Assembly: GCA_038496445.1 (NCBI GenBank) | Contig: JALMLS010000321.1 | Location: forward strand, 164,965-228,964 | DNA length: 64,000 bases | Source of the DNA: Trichosphaerium sp. ATCC 40318 | Lineage: Eukaryota > Protista > Tubulinea | Direction: 5' to 3' | Part shown: positions 41,147 through 55,311 of the stretch, piece after piece | How the letters are laid out: the number at the start of each line of letters is the position of its first letter | Numbering within the stretch: position 1 is the stretch's first letter | Notes under the pieces: model-generated | The model's input: only the letters and a program-made list of their open reading frames with translations | What the model was told of the DNA's origin: nothing | The model's database searches: none | Made by a program: the position numbers and the translations under genes

Positions 41147-43086
41147 ATGGCGCAACCAGACGCTCAACCAAGAGGCAAAAAGCGTAAAGCACGGCGTCAG
41201 GTAATGTTAACATTTATTAATAATACAGCGTTTATCTAACTGAAACAGGCTACAGACATCGAAGGTTCTGTAGAGGAGCATGGTGGCGTTTATAATATTT
41301 GGTATGGTAAAAGAACCGGCGTTAGCGACTGGGAGTCATGGAAGGAGCGTAGAGAAGCCAAGTACGGCTGTAATTACTAAAACGAATTTGCAAAGCTAAT
41401 TATTATCAGACTAGCAGGACCCAGGTATCGTTGTATCCCAGCACGCGATTCAGGTACGTTTTTAAACTGCTAAGCGTTACAAATGGCGCATTTGTAGTGT
41501 CGCTAACATGTCATTTTTAACAGGTGAAACGCGCTCTCCTGCCAACGCCTACATATGTGTATTTTTTGCTCGTGGAAAGTGTGTCAAAGGACCTCAATGT
41601 ACGTCACAGTCCTGATTTTTTTTTTTGGATTATGCATGTCAATCAATGTCAGCCGGAATCACTTCATTTCCCGTCATTGAATTAACATAAAAATAGGTCA
41701 ATATTTACATCGTATACCAATACCAGAGGACGCAGCTCGCATAGATCCATTGCACGATGTATTCGGACGCGAACGTCACAGGTAAGTGACAAGACAAACA
41801 CATTCTTCAAAAAAAGAAAAAAAAATAGAATTTGGCTCTAAATTGTACAATAGAACAAACAGAGATGATATGGGTGGTGTAGGTAGTTTTGAACGTGATT
41901 GTAAAAGTATGTAACCAAAAATGATTTTGAAGATGGAATCAATCCCATTAACAACTTCTCAAATAGCTCTTTTTGTTGGTGGATGGCGTAGACGTAACGA
42001 TATTGAAGATGTCATTCGACAAGAATTTAGCATTTGGGGAGAGATTATATACCGTAAGTAGGACCCACATTGCCATCTTTGAGCAACTCATTTTATCATA
42101 TTCTATTCTCTTCCTTACAGTCGCCCTCAGTCCGCATCATCCAGGCGAAATCGATCGCTTTTGTAACATTCAAACACCGTACTATGGCTGAGTTTGCAAA
42201 GGAAGCCATGGCCGATCAATGCCTATCAGGAACACAAGAGGTATGTGGCACTCAGCTCCCTCATTGTTAACGGTATTGGCGCTTGTAGATTTTGAATGTC
42301 CGATGGGCAACCGAAGATCCCAACCCAAGGTCTGAGAACACAAAAGAGAGAGATGTCAATGAAGAGGCTGTGCAGGCCGTAGGCGCTCATTTTGGCGACA
42401 CCTTCAACCAATACCAAGCACTAGCACACCAACAGTACCCACAAACCGACACACAGTACAGACAAGTAGGTGCGTAAACGTAGCCATGGTCACCAGGGCG
42501 TCATATTCTTCATCAAATAACACTTCAATAGGCGCAGAAGCTGCAACGCCTCTAGTACCATACGCACAAGATGCAGAAACAGCAGGTATGTCAAAACCCA
42601 ATCCTCTCGAACCATTGCTAATATACGACCATAGCTACTCCCGGAGCTACACCTGCCGCTGATGCTGGTAGTGAAAAGGCCCAACCAAAGAAACGAGGAT
42701 TTAAGAAGCGTAGGATAGACTTGAACGACGATGACGATAAAGACGATGACGAACCTACAGTAACGCCAAAGCCAGCTGCCACGGCTGGACCTCAACCGGC
42801 CCCTCAATACGACTATTCCCAATACAATCAACAATACTACCAGTACTATGGCCAATACCCACAATACCAACAACAACAGGGGCAATACCAAGGATACTAC
42901 CAACAACAAGGGTACGCTATTTACAAAACAAGCTTCACTTTTTTTGTGCTGACAGGCGACTTTAGACAACACTACGCACCTAATTGGGACGCCGCATCGT
43001 TCGAACAACAAGTCACTCAAAATCAGCATAGCGAGAAGGATCGCATAGCCGAATTCATTAGACAACAAGCTGCAGCAAGTAAATAA
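41147..43086 (+). CDS. CWC2: Pre-mRNA splicing factor CWC2 (Torus/CCCH + RRM) with Q/Y-rich tail
   Basis: YNIWYGK, RCIPARDSGET, CVFFARGKCVKGPQCQYLHRIP, DVFGRERHR, RDDMGGVGSF, AEFAKEAMADQ, LNVRWATEDPNP. Confidence 0.93.
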
Positions 43087-43118
43087 AAAAGTTTTTGTTC
43101 ATCAAACGTCATTATTAT

Positions 43119-44410
<1,292 letters not shown>

Positions 44411-44506
44411 GTTGTATTTTTTTGTAAATGGCGTTGTTTTAAGTCCACAGACAGCGCTACTTTCACTTAAACAGCCGTAAAACAGCAAAAAAACGATTAT
44501 ACGGTC

Positions 44507-45661
44507 ATGGCTTCACGCCGCAAACGAGAAGGAGTTGCAGCGGTTCTAAAGAAGCTTGAAAAGTCTATTGAGGATGGGGATTACTACCACGCTCAACAGA
44601 TGTACCAGACGTTGTATCACAGGTACAAAAAACAGAATTCAGCGTTTTAAAAGCAATTACTGCCAACAAGCCCACTGGAGGCGTGTTACGTACCCGCATA
44701 TCGTAATTTTGTATTTAGGCTTCTAAAGGAGAAGAAATTTAAAGAGATTGAGGACATGCTTGAAAAAGGGTCTATTCTAATGCTACAACACGACGAAATT
44801 AACGCAGGAACGGATTTGGCAGTTTTATTGATTGACACGTACAGTCATCAAGACACTCAAATTACTGACGCGCGTATTGGTACGAGACAAACCTCAACAA
44901 ATGTTCCCTTGTGTTAACGAGCCTTAGAGACAATTTTGAAAATATTCAAACACTACAAAAACGACAATGCGCCAAGTAAACGCACCTTCATTAAAAAAGT
45001 TACAAAGTAAAAATTGCATTGGTTGTTTTGACATTCACACAAATATTTGTAGGTGGTCAGAAAATGAATCAAACAACAATGCTGGCGATCCGCGGTTACA
45101 CCTCGCCTTTGCGCAAGCTATGGCTCAGGTCAAGGATTGGCTCCAAGCTACAAAGCACTTTATGCACGCAGATGCCCCAAAACAACATGCAACGATGATC
45201 AAGCAATGGATGGCACAGGTATGACACGCCTTCCTAGCAACAATGAGTTTTGTTTGTAGCGAATGACAAAACGGTTAGGGGTATGCCGCCGAACAAGATT
45301 TGTTTATAGCCAGGTCGGTGCTGTTGCATCTCACATTCAGTGACCTAAACGGCGCTAACGCACTGTACAAAGAACTTGCAGGGTCGGTTGACACGCCCCT
45401 CATTAATTTTATCAAATATTTACTTCAAACACTGGAAAGGGACGCCTTACCACTCTTTCAGTTATTGCGAGACCGCTACAAGATGGCCCTAAGCCGCGAT
45501 GAGTCATTGAACGAGGCACGTGTTAACATCATATCTTTTTTTTCTGCTTCACGTGTCTCATTCGATCATAGGCACTTGACAAGATTGCTTTCGCATTTTT
45601 TGGCGTCAAAACGGGTACATCAAATATGTTACAATCCATGTTAGAGGCATTTATGAAGTAA
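44507..45661 (+). CDS. GET4: Golgi-to-ER traffic protein 4 (GET4/TRC35)
   Basis: LEKSIEDGDYYHAQQMYQTLYHR, GDPRLH, DLFIARSVL, PLINFIKYLLQTLER, LDKIAFAFFG. Confidence 0.92.
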
Positions 45662-45924
45662 TGAATGCATGTACGCCAAATACAATCGAACCCATCAAAA
45701 TGTATTCGTTCAAAACAAAAAACAAAAGAAAATAAAAAACAACAGACACGCATGTTGACTTTGAACAATACAGTTTATTGGTTCAAGAGCGGGTTGATTA
45801 AGCATACGGAAGCCGCTTGCACTACCCGCGCCGATTATTCGCAAAGAAAAGTTGTTTTTGCGAAAGGATAAAAATATCGACAGTGTTAGAAAAAAAGATG
45901 TCACTTTTTTGCAAAAGAGGAAAG

Positions 45925-48900
45925 TTAGTCCATATCGCCAGTGTCCATTGGGTCGTCTTTTGGTTCTTCTGGTTTTGCAGCAGGTTCAGCGTTGGCTTCA
46001 GGTGTTGCCTCTGGTGTTGCATCAGCAGCGGCAGCCTCAGGCTTTGCTTCGTCCTTCTTTGGCTCTTCCTTCTTTGGCTCCTCCTTCTTTGGTGGAGGTG
46101 GCTTTGCCTTGTTCATGATGCCAGCACAGAAAGAATTGAGGTTCTTTTGGCGTGAGTGAACATCGGCTGCCAAGAGGACAGGATCATCGGTTTTATCTTT
46201 TTTGTTTTGTTCTTCAACCTTGGTGTTGATAGAAGCTGAAGCTTCTTGGCACTCTTTCTCCACCTTAGCGCGGTCCTCTTCGGTAATGTGAGAATATTTC
46301 TCATCTGTAGACTTTGCCAATGCCTAGAAACAAGGTTATTTACGCACGAATCGAACAAGTATGAAGCTTTAAAAAAAAGTTTAAAAGGCTACTCCAATAA
46401 AAAGGGTTGAGGCCACAGGACGTACGCTATAATTTTCTACTGTTCTGTAGAATAAGTCAAGAGCAGGTTGTCTGGCCTCAAACTCGGTACGTCGCTTGTC
46501 TATGCAGTCGCCTACGAGAATATAATTGTTAGTTGTGTGGTGGTACAAAACAGATAAAATAAATTGCAAGCCAATAAAAAATTGGAATAAAACAACTCAC
46601 CAATAGATTTCAACGTTGCAAGTTTTGTATCGTAAACTTCCTTTGTCTCGTCTTCACCCTCATCGTATAGCCAATCCTCAATTTCCATGGTCATTGTTCT
46701 CAAGTTGTCATTCTCTTCTGCTTTAGCAAACTCCTTCCAAGACATGCTCAACTTGTCTCTGGCGTCGTAGCAGTAACTCTCCAAATTGTTCTTGGCATTT
46801 TGAATGAGAACGGCTGCTGCGTCAGCGCCCATCAAGTCTTTCTCTTTTTTGATCAAAGTGGTTAACTCCTGAGGAGAAAATCCGAGAGGTGACATCTTGA
46901 ATTCAAGAGCGGTCCATCGTATCTGCTTTGGTTTTGGTGCCTTTGGCTTTGGTTCTTCTACTTCCATAGGAGTTGGTTCCTCAACTTTGGACTCTTTTTT
47001 AGCTTCACCTTCGGCTGGCTTGTCATCTACATCCATTGGTGTTGGCTCATCTTTGTTTTCGCCTTCTTTTTTGGCGTCATCCTTCTTGTCTTCTTTTTTG
47101 GCCTCTTTTTTGACTTCCTTCTTTGCCTTCTTCTTTGGTTCAGGCGAAGGTGGAGGACTGTACAATTCCTTGAGATTAGCGCCAACGCCTTGAACAGTGC
47201 CGTGTTCGGTCATGTTGATCTTGACGCGGATCTCAGCTGTTTCATCACCATGATGTGGCTTGCGGATGTGAGGTACTTCAAAGGTAGCAATAACAGGTTC
47301 AGTTCCTTCCACGAGCTTCTCTGGGTTGGTGTATGAAGCAGTCAATGCAAATGGCTTGCATCCCTTACGCTTGAAGGTGATGTTCTTTGGGTTTGGCATC
47401 AAATTGTTCTCTTTAAAAAGGCTCAACTTGCTACAAGAAACAGGTAAGTAAGAAGCATACAATAAAAATTTGGTATGCGATTGTACCTGACTTTGGTGTC
47501 AGCAGGATCGTTGATTGTGTGCCAAGATAAAGTTACGGCACTAGGTGAGATGTCCTCGATTTTGTAGTCACGGACTCTGAATTGAGGGCTCAACAAAGCA
47601 CACTTTTACAAGATAAGTAAGCGCAATAGCAACAAAAAAAAAAAAAACAAAAAAAATATAATAAAAACTGTGCTTATTTCTCACCTGTAATGCACAACCC
47701 TTGGCAACAGATTCTTCAAAGTTGATTGTTTCTTTTGGTTTGCGTCCGAGCGTTTCTTCAATCTTTTTCTTGACCAATGTGTTACGAACACCACTACCGC
47801 ACAATTCTACGGTGAACAATTCTTCAGCCTTTAGACCAGCTGATTCGAGGCAATCTGTGATAGGCTTGGAAACGGAAGCAATGAGGTGACTGACTAGGCC
47901 TTCATACTCATCTCTTGTACATCTGAAACGCAAATCTCTGTCATTCATTAAGCACTCAATAACAATTGGCGCTTCTGCGTTTGCAGACAACACTTTTTTG
48001 AGCTAAAAGAACACAAAGGTTAGATTACAAGAGCAACGAAAAACAAAAAGAAAAGCAAATGATATCATTTGGAATTGAACACTTTTTCCATAAATTCAAT
48101 TAAAAATATGAGTGCACAAAGTCTAGGTACCTTTTCGCAAGAGGCCAACAAACGGAGCCAAGCTTTTTTGTTTTCCAATACGTTGCAGTCGCTGTATTTC
48201 TCGTGGAACTTTTTGGCAAAGTGAGTAGCGAGCGCAATGTCAAAAGCAGTGCCGCCCAAGTTTGAATCGTATGCGGATGCTTTAACTTTCATGGCGTCCT
48301 TTGTAAACTCTACAACGGAGCAACCCATTTGTGCAGCGCCGACATCGATGAACAAGACGTTTTGATGATCCTCTGCCGTCAATTTGGTTTTGTAAAATCC
48401 CCAGTCGACGGCTGCGGCTGTTAGGTCATTGCTGATCTTCAAACAGTTCAAGCCAGCGATGGCTGTGGCATCAAGGAGTGCGCGTCTGTGTTGCTCGTTC
48501 CAGTAGCCTGGGCAAGATATCACAGCGTCCATCTTTACAACACCAGCTCTGTCGTTTACTTGAGATGCCAAGTGTCTCAATACCATTGCTGCCAATTGTT
48601 CTGGGTAGAATGCTTCCTTTTTACCAGAGCATGTTACCTTTATTGTGACAACCAGTTAGCCTGTGACTTTTTAAAGAGCGCAATAAAGTAGAATTTCTCA
48701 AATTCTATGCGAACGTTTGCAACAAAATAAAGTACGAACCTCAACCTGAAACTTGCCTCCATCAAGCTCTTTGATAGGGCAATACGTGATGCTTGGCAAC
48801 TCCGCGCGTAGGCTCGCCTCTGTGTGACGGCGTCCAAGGAGTCTTTTGGTTGCAGCGACGGTATTACGCCAGTTCATTATTTGCTGGTGGTGTACTTAGT

Positions 48901-49225
48901 TAGCGATTGTGCGCAACAATACACTTTCATGTGTGAAAACAAATAAACACTGTACCTTGGCTTGAGCGGCCATACCAATGGCTCTTTGCTTTTCCAAAAA
49001 GCTCACTGTGTTTCTACGCTAGGCGTGAGTATTTTGTTTGGTGTTTAGAAACAACTTGAGAATAAGCTCATTCCGCGTAGCGTGTACGCTTGGGACGTTC
49101 ACTTGTTTGAATACGTACGGTGTTTGGCGCTTAGAAGCCTCATTGGCTACCACATCAATACCTCCCTTTTGTATCGTAGCGATTACGCAATTCTTAGAGC
49201 CGAAATCAAAGCCAACAACAGACAT
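45925..49225 (-). CDS. Hsp110/Sse1 (HSPH/HSPA4-type Hsp70 nucleotide-exchange factor)
   Basis: MSVVGFDFGSKNCVIA..GGIDVVANEASKRQTP, ALLDATAIAGLNCL, LSANAEAPIVIECLMNDRD, AKNNLESYCY, EDWLYDEGED, acidic insertion, C-terminal MDTGDMD. Confidence 0.96.
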
Positions 49226-49653
49226 TGTTTATTTACAGTTGAATTGGAGCAATGCGTGAAGTAGCAAATAAACTGAATTTTCCGGTGGTTTTCGTTGAGT
49301 TTTAAACAGTATTGCAAGCGTATCAAAAATGGCCCTTTATTTGTACAACTACTCGCAGTGCTCTGGCAGCAACCATTTGTTAAAATCATGCTCGAGAGCC
49401 TTTGTACAAGGAAGTGTACTAAAATGTATGACTTTCAACGTTAAAGCGTCTTTTTTTTTTTTTGAAGTCTTCTATTTTGCTGTTACAAGTGTCAATAAAA
49501 GCAAAAAATTACTCCAGGGTAACTACGATCGCTTCCTGACACTGTGATTGTATACCAATCAAATTTCCAGTGACACTGTGAATTATCATTATCCCACACT
49601 GCGCATGCACCATTGAGACCAATCATTAAATATAATTATTAAAATAAAACACA

Positions 49654-52600
49654 ATGAGCGAACAAGGGGATCTTCTTTACGAGAGCACATTCATAAAGGT
49701 AATGCCCTATACAGCAACCTAGCATTTTTACCTTAATTTACATTTTAGCTGTTATTTTATGACTACGACATGCTTGTAGTGCGAAAATTAAGCGCCCAGG
49801 CGGTGCTACCGTTTTTAGAAGCCGAGAAATTGGCCTCGCCGTTGATCAAGGCGTTTACGTACAAAGGATTGACGTTGGAGTTTTTAAAAAGCGTCATATA
49901 CGAAGAAGTCAGCAACCAAAGTACGTTTTACGCTGCCCAATTAATAGATCTATCATACCTTCAAAAAAAAACTTATTTTGAATAACGTGTTGACAATTGT
50001 ATCCCTTGACTGCGCGAGAGCCGAGTGTAAAGCGAGAAATATTTGTCAGAGAAAGCAGGATGTTGGAATCATAATTTTTGTTTAAATACATTCTTCTAAC
50101 AACGCTGACTGACAATGTGTAGAGAGCGCTGCGACTCTATTCCGAAACAACTCCATGGCTACTTTTTCCATTAATGCGTTTACCAAGCTTGTTGGTAGAC
50201 CGTATTTGGCAAAGGTATTGGGACCACTCGTTAAAGATGTCATCAAGCAAGTACAGCAAAAAAGCTTTGAGGTACACCTATGAACACGTGCGATTTGATT
50301 TACTTACTTGGCTTCACTTTAGGTCGATCCGAACAAAGCTAAACCGGGAGAGAATGTGGCCGAGAACATGACAAACCTTCAGGCGCTCCTCACAAAATTT
50401 ATGAAGTCCATTCTAGCATCACACACCAAAGTACCAAGGTAAATCTCGGTACACGCTCTTTGAGAAACTAACCTTGGTATTTCCAAGACCTTTATTGAAA
50501 ATCTGTCAGCTCATGATGGACTCCACCAAAGAGAAATTTCCGTCAGCCAAGTATCTAGCTATTGGCGGTTTTTTCTTTTTGCGATACGTTTGTCCTGCTA
50601 TAGTTACACCAGATGGCCACAAGGTTATTAACAGTACGTTTGGTTGGTTTACCTGGCGCTATTTAACGCGTATTTTAGCAAAGCTATCAATGGAAGTGCG
50701 ACGTGTTCTTGTACTGGCCAGTAAAGTTCTTCAAAAAATAGTGAACGCACGTGACTTTGCCGACAGCGAAAATTTTATGATGCCATTCAACACTTTCGTA
50801 AAAGATTACCAACAACCACTCAAAGACTTTTTAGATCGATTAGCGGTACGCAGTATAGACATTTTTTGTTGTTGCCCTTTTTTTACATTTCATATTTTTT
50901 GTTGTTGTTGACCCTCATTTGTCGTCACCAGACTCCAGTGGCCGATTCTGCTCCAGATAACACGCCCCGCATCGCTGTAACGCACGAACAATACCAACAA
51001 AGTCTTCTAGAGATACGGACTGAGATATTAAAACGTGCTCCTAAAATACTGGCGCTACTTGAGCCAGGTCAGCGTGAGGAAATAGCACAGCGGTTTGAAC
51101 AACTAGAAGGATTGCGATTAGATGCCATTGATCTCATGTCATCCAAACGAACTGAGGCCAAAGTACAGTGCTTGGTATTAGTAGAACAGACTCGATTGTG
51201 GTGCGGTCTCGGCGATGGTTCTATATTCATCTGGGACATTCGCGACAAGGATGTCGAGTACTGCATCATGGGTGCACACCAAAAAATGATTTCGGACATA
51301 GTCGCCACAGATCGTTTTGTATGGACGAGTTCTGAAGACAAAACCGTAGGCATATTTGACATTAACGTAAGTGATCGGCTAATATTTGGTTAATCCAATT
51401 CCCAACGAAACTCATTATTGTATGTAAGAGCAACCGCTGTGTGAAGCGACTATCTCAACACAACGACATTGTAAAAACGCTGCTTAAGATTGAGGATGGC
51501 GGTACGACTGTAAGTAAAGCGCTTGGGCTTGTCAACTTTAGGTCTGAATCTTCGTTGTAGGCTATTTGGTCAGGTGCCACAAACGGCACTATATTCATAT
51601 GGAAGGTACGCATAGCACTACACAATAATTATCAAAACCCAGCCAGTGTCTTCTAACGCATGTATATCAAGGACACCAGTGGCGAACCGTCGGCCAACAT
51701 AAACCTAAAGGAACCTATTTGTTCGATGTGCTGTATAGAGCACTCTGATGGTATGTTTGAGCAAACTTTTGTTGATACATTTTCTTTTGTTATTGGCATT
51801 TGCATTTACATTTTCACAAAAAGGCAAAAAGTATGTGTGGGCTGGTACTTACAGTCTCATCTTCTTAATTGATCTTGCGACACTACAGCCTGTCAAACAA
51901 TGGAAGAGCCACGCTGGTATTGTAAACAGTACGTAACATCAAGTTGTAGCAGTAAAGAGTTAGTTGACTAATGCGCATCGATCAGGTTTGCTTCCAATTA
52001 AAAACAGCCAAGTGTGGAGTTGTTCTCAAGACAGAAAGATTTGTGTTTGGGATCAGCAAACTCACGAATTAATCCACACCATCCCTGCCCATGACGGTCG
52101 TATTAATTGTTTGCATTTGATTACAGTGGACGGTAAAGAGCACGTCTGGTCAGGAAGTTTTGACAAGACCATTTGCATATGGAAGGTTGAGGTAACTACA
52201 AACTCGCTCCATCGTTCCTATTTATTTTGTGGATTCTAAGTGCGTATGGATAGGACTTTTCACTAGTATGCGAATTGCGTGGACACGAAGATGACATTTG
52301 TTGTTTCTTGGTGGTTGGTGATGGCGCGAGCATATACTCTGGCAGCAGAGATCAAAACATCAACTTGTGGACTTATAACAGTACGTGCAATCTTCAAACT
52401 TAATAATAGCTCACGTCACTTCTCAGCGGTGAAAGAGATTCAAGAAAGGGCTGCTGCAGCTGAAACCGAAGCGGCTGCTGCTCTTGAACGAAAGTTTTAC
52501 ACCTTCAAGAATGGTTTAATTTCTATCATTGATGATGTTCTCTTTAAACTCAAAGACATTGGCGACGAAATAGAGAACACCCAAGATTTTTCAGCGCTTG

Positions 52601-52659
52601 TACCTGTAGCAAAGAAGATCAAAGTCATCAAAGATGTCTTGGGAAACAAAACAGTTTAG
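49654..52659 (+). CDS. RasGAP domain + WD40 repeat protein
   Basis: TLFRNNSMAT (arginine finger), EVDPNK, GGFFFLRYVCPAIVTP, KVLQKIVN; WD repeats GDGSIFIWD, SEDKTVGIFD, SQDRKICVWD, SFDKTICIWK. Confidence 0.9.
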
Positions 52660-52952
52660 TTCGTACCTCTCCACTCTGTAGAAAGAGAGACGCTTTCTCA
52701 AAATCCTGTGTTGTGGAACCATGAGGAAAAAATAAATATTGCCTACACTTTACATTTCACCATAAAAGCGGCGTCCTCGCTCATTTGGTGTTTCAACACG
52801 TGCACACGGACCATTTTCAGGTCATGACAGCGCAGCTGGCAGGTAGAAGACTTAACTTATTTAAGCTACTGTACGGCTAGATAGTGCAAAGAGAAAGGTT
52901 ATCCCACTTTCAAACCCTTCGTTGCCTGTAAAGTATCGCTATATAACCAAAA

Positions 52953-53487
52953 ATGAAGCTTGTGAGGTACGCGCGTATAAGAGGCGGACGCCGTCGTAAC
53001 GCCCTCGTATTATAATTATAAGCGAATACTAACATCAAAAAAAGATTTTTGATGAAATTGGCTGGCGAGACGGTGACAATCGAGCTCAAGAATGGCACTA
53101 TCGTGCATGGTACAATCACTGGTGTAGATATTAGCATGAACACGCACTTAAAAACAGTAAAGATGGTCGTAAAAGGTTAGTATTGTCACTGTTTAGTTAC
53201 AATTTACTTGTATTTCGCTTGTGCGCGCTAATGGTATTCATACAGGCAAAAACGCTGTAAACTTGGAAAATTTGTGCGTTCGCGGCAACAACATCCGTTA
53301 TTTCATCCTACCAGAGAATTTGAATTTCGATACACTCCTCGTAGACGATACACCACGCGCCAAATCTAAGCGTAAGACAGGTGGTGCTCGCGATTCCAGA
53401 GACAGAAGAGGCGATCGCGGTGGCCGCAGAGGTGGTTACGGTGGCAGAGGTCGTGGTGGCGGCAGAGGTGGTTATGGTAGAAGATAA
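52953..53487 (+). CDS. SNRPD1: Small nuclear ribonucleoprotein Sm D1, 3 exons
   Basis: [39 protein letters not shown]...[22 protein letters not shown]-rich tail. Confidence 0.98.
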
Positions 53488-53811
53488 ATCCTTCCTTTTT
53501 GCTCCCTTTTTTGGCATGAAGATAACCCTATTTTTTTTCGACGCGTCAAACAACACAAATGCTGAGAGAAGTGGACGTTATCATCATTGATGTTTTTGTA
53601 CATGTCAAGCACTCAATTTTTTTTGGGTGTTGTATATTGATCTCAACACGTACTCTGTTTACTCATTGACAAACCGCTGCACGTTTTTTTTGCTTAATTC
53701 TTTTTGGTTTTTTTTTTTCATTTTGGCTTACACTGTTGTTAACATTAATTGTTTTGTTGAAAAAATTCGTTGGTTTGGACAATACAATTTGAGGTCGGTA
53801 ACCTCCTTATA

Positions 53812-54963
53812 CTATTCGTGCGACTCTTGTTGTTGCTTTCGCATTTTATCTTGCCTTGCTCTCAACTTTTGCATTAGCTCGTTATCCCCGCCCTCTTGGA
53901 CTTCTGCTGCTGGTTTTGGTGCCGGGGTTTTCTTTAACAATTTTCTGAAGGGGTTGTCGTCCTTAACAAAAGATAAGAAAATACACGCTAAATTTGGTGC
54001 ACGGATCACGTGTCACAATTTGAGTTCACCGTTTAAAAAAACCGTACAGTGTCTGCACTCTGGTGATTAGTTGTATGCGACTCGAGGGCAGCTGCAGGCA
54101 CAGGCTCGAAGGGCGCAGAAGTGCGATGTGATGGTACAGTGTGAGGTGGGCCGACTTGTCGCTTATTTGCTTGCGCTGTATTTGCAGTTGGCTCAGCTGA
54201 TGAAGGGGTCATAGGAGGCTTGGTAGATTGTGGAGTTGGTGGCTTTGTAGGAGGCGCAGGTGGGCGGTTGCTCGGTGGCGGTGGGGGTCCATTAGACTGT
54301 AAAGATGGCCCCTTGGATGGCTGTGGTGGTAAGTTGGATGGAGGCGGTGGCATGTGACTTGGAGGCCGCCGAGGCGCATGTTTTGGCGGTTCTGGTCTGT
54401 GTTGAGGTGGTTTAGGTCTGTGTCGAGGAGGAGGCTTGTGCTTAGGGGGCGGTGGCAGGTTGGTAGGTGGCTGCGCTGCAGGTTCTGTTCCTGTAGTTAG
54501 ACCGACAGGTGCCGTTGCATAGCGGTCTTGCACATCATCGTCATCAGGGGCTACCAATTCTGGTGGCGGTTCTGTTGTCCTGAGCAAGTGTACTGTGGAT
54601 GGTCGTGGAGGTCTCTTTTTTGGTGGTGGAGGAGGAAATGTGTCATCTGTCTCTACTTTTTTTCCAATGCTAACGGCTATTGGCAATTAATGAGTGATGT
54701 TGTGTACGCGATTTCTCAACAAAAACGTTGAAATGAATTAATGTCGTACGCCGGTGGAGTGCAGGTGCTGCCTGTGGTCTCCCTGTAGAAGCTGTTTCTG
54801 TGTAAACTATTGGTGGAGGTGGTATAACTTCGTGTCTCAACAGACCATCTATATAAATGCGTGAGTAACGTGGCGTATTGAAGGCGGTACCCGTTTCATC
54901 ACTGGGGCCGCTGCGTAATACACGTGGTTTTTTTTTCTTAAATTTGGGAAAGAGGCACCCCAT
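53812..54963 (-). CDS. Proline-rich protein with N-terminal MGC + polybasic membrane-targeting motif, 3 exons
   Basis: MGCLFPKFKKKKPR start, long PxxP-rich middle, C-terminal NPFRKLLKK and NELMQKLRARQ. Exons join in frame. Confidence 0.7.
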
Positions 54964-55311
54964 CGCGCCTACTATTCGTATATCTGTGGTACACTAGAAA
55001 CAGAAATTGCATGACTTTATGGATTAAGTACTAGCTCTCCAAAAAAATTATCGGATTGATTGTACAACGACATGCTTGTAGCACAGTGTCATTGGCTTTT
55101 AAGGTTGCTTGCGTGCTGTACATTTCAAATGAAGCAAAGCTAAAGGTTTTTTTTACATTAGCTGCAATTTCTTTCCACTCAGCAACTCAAGTCCATGAAG
55201 AGCCGACGAAGTAATCGTTTACCTTATGTAATTTTTTGAATAACTTAATTGGTTGACGTAGATTTTATTTGTTGAGTTAAAAACCAGTTAACCAAATACG
55301 GCGAGGAAGCT

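Noticed and set aside
49921-50122. snoRNA in unusually long introns (also ~55722-55880 and ~58789-58968)
   Set aside because: No convincing C/D box pair with terminal stem or H/ACA structure was visible.
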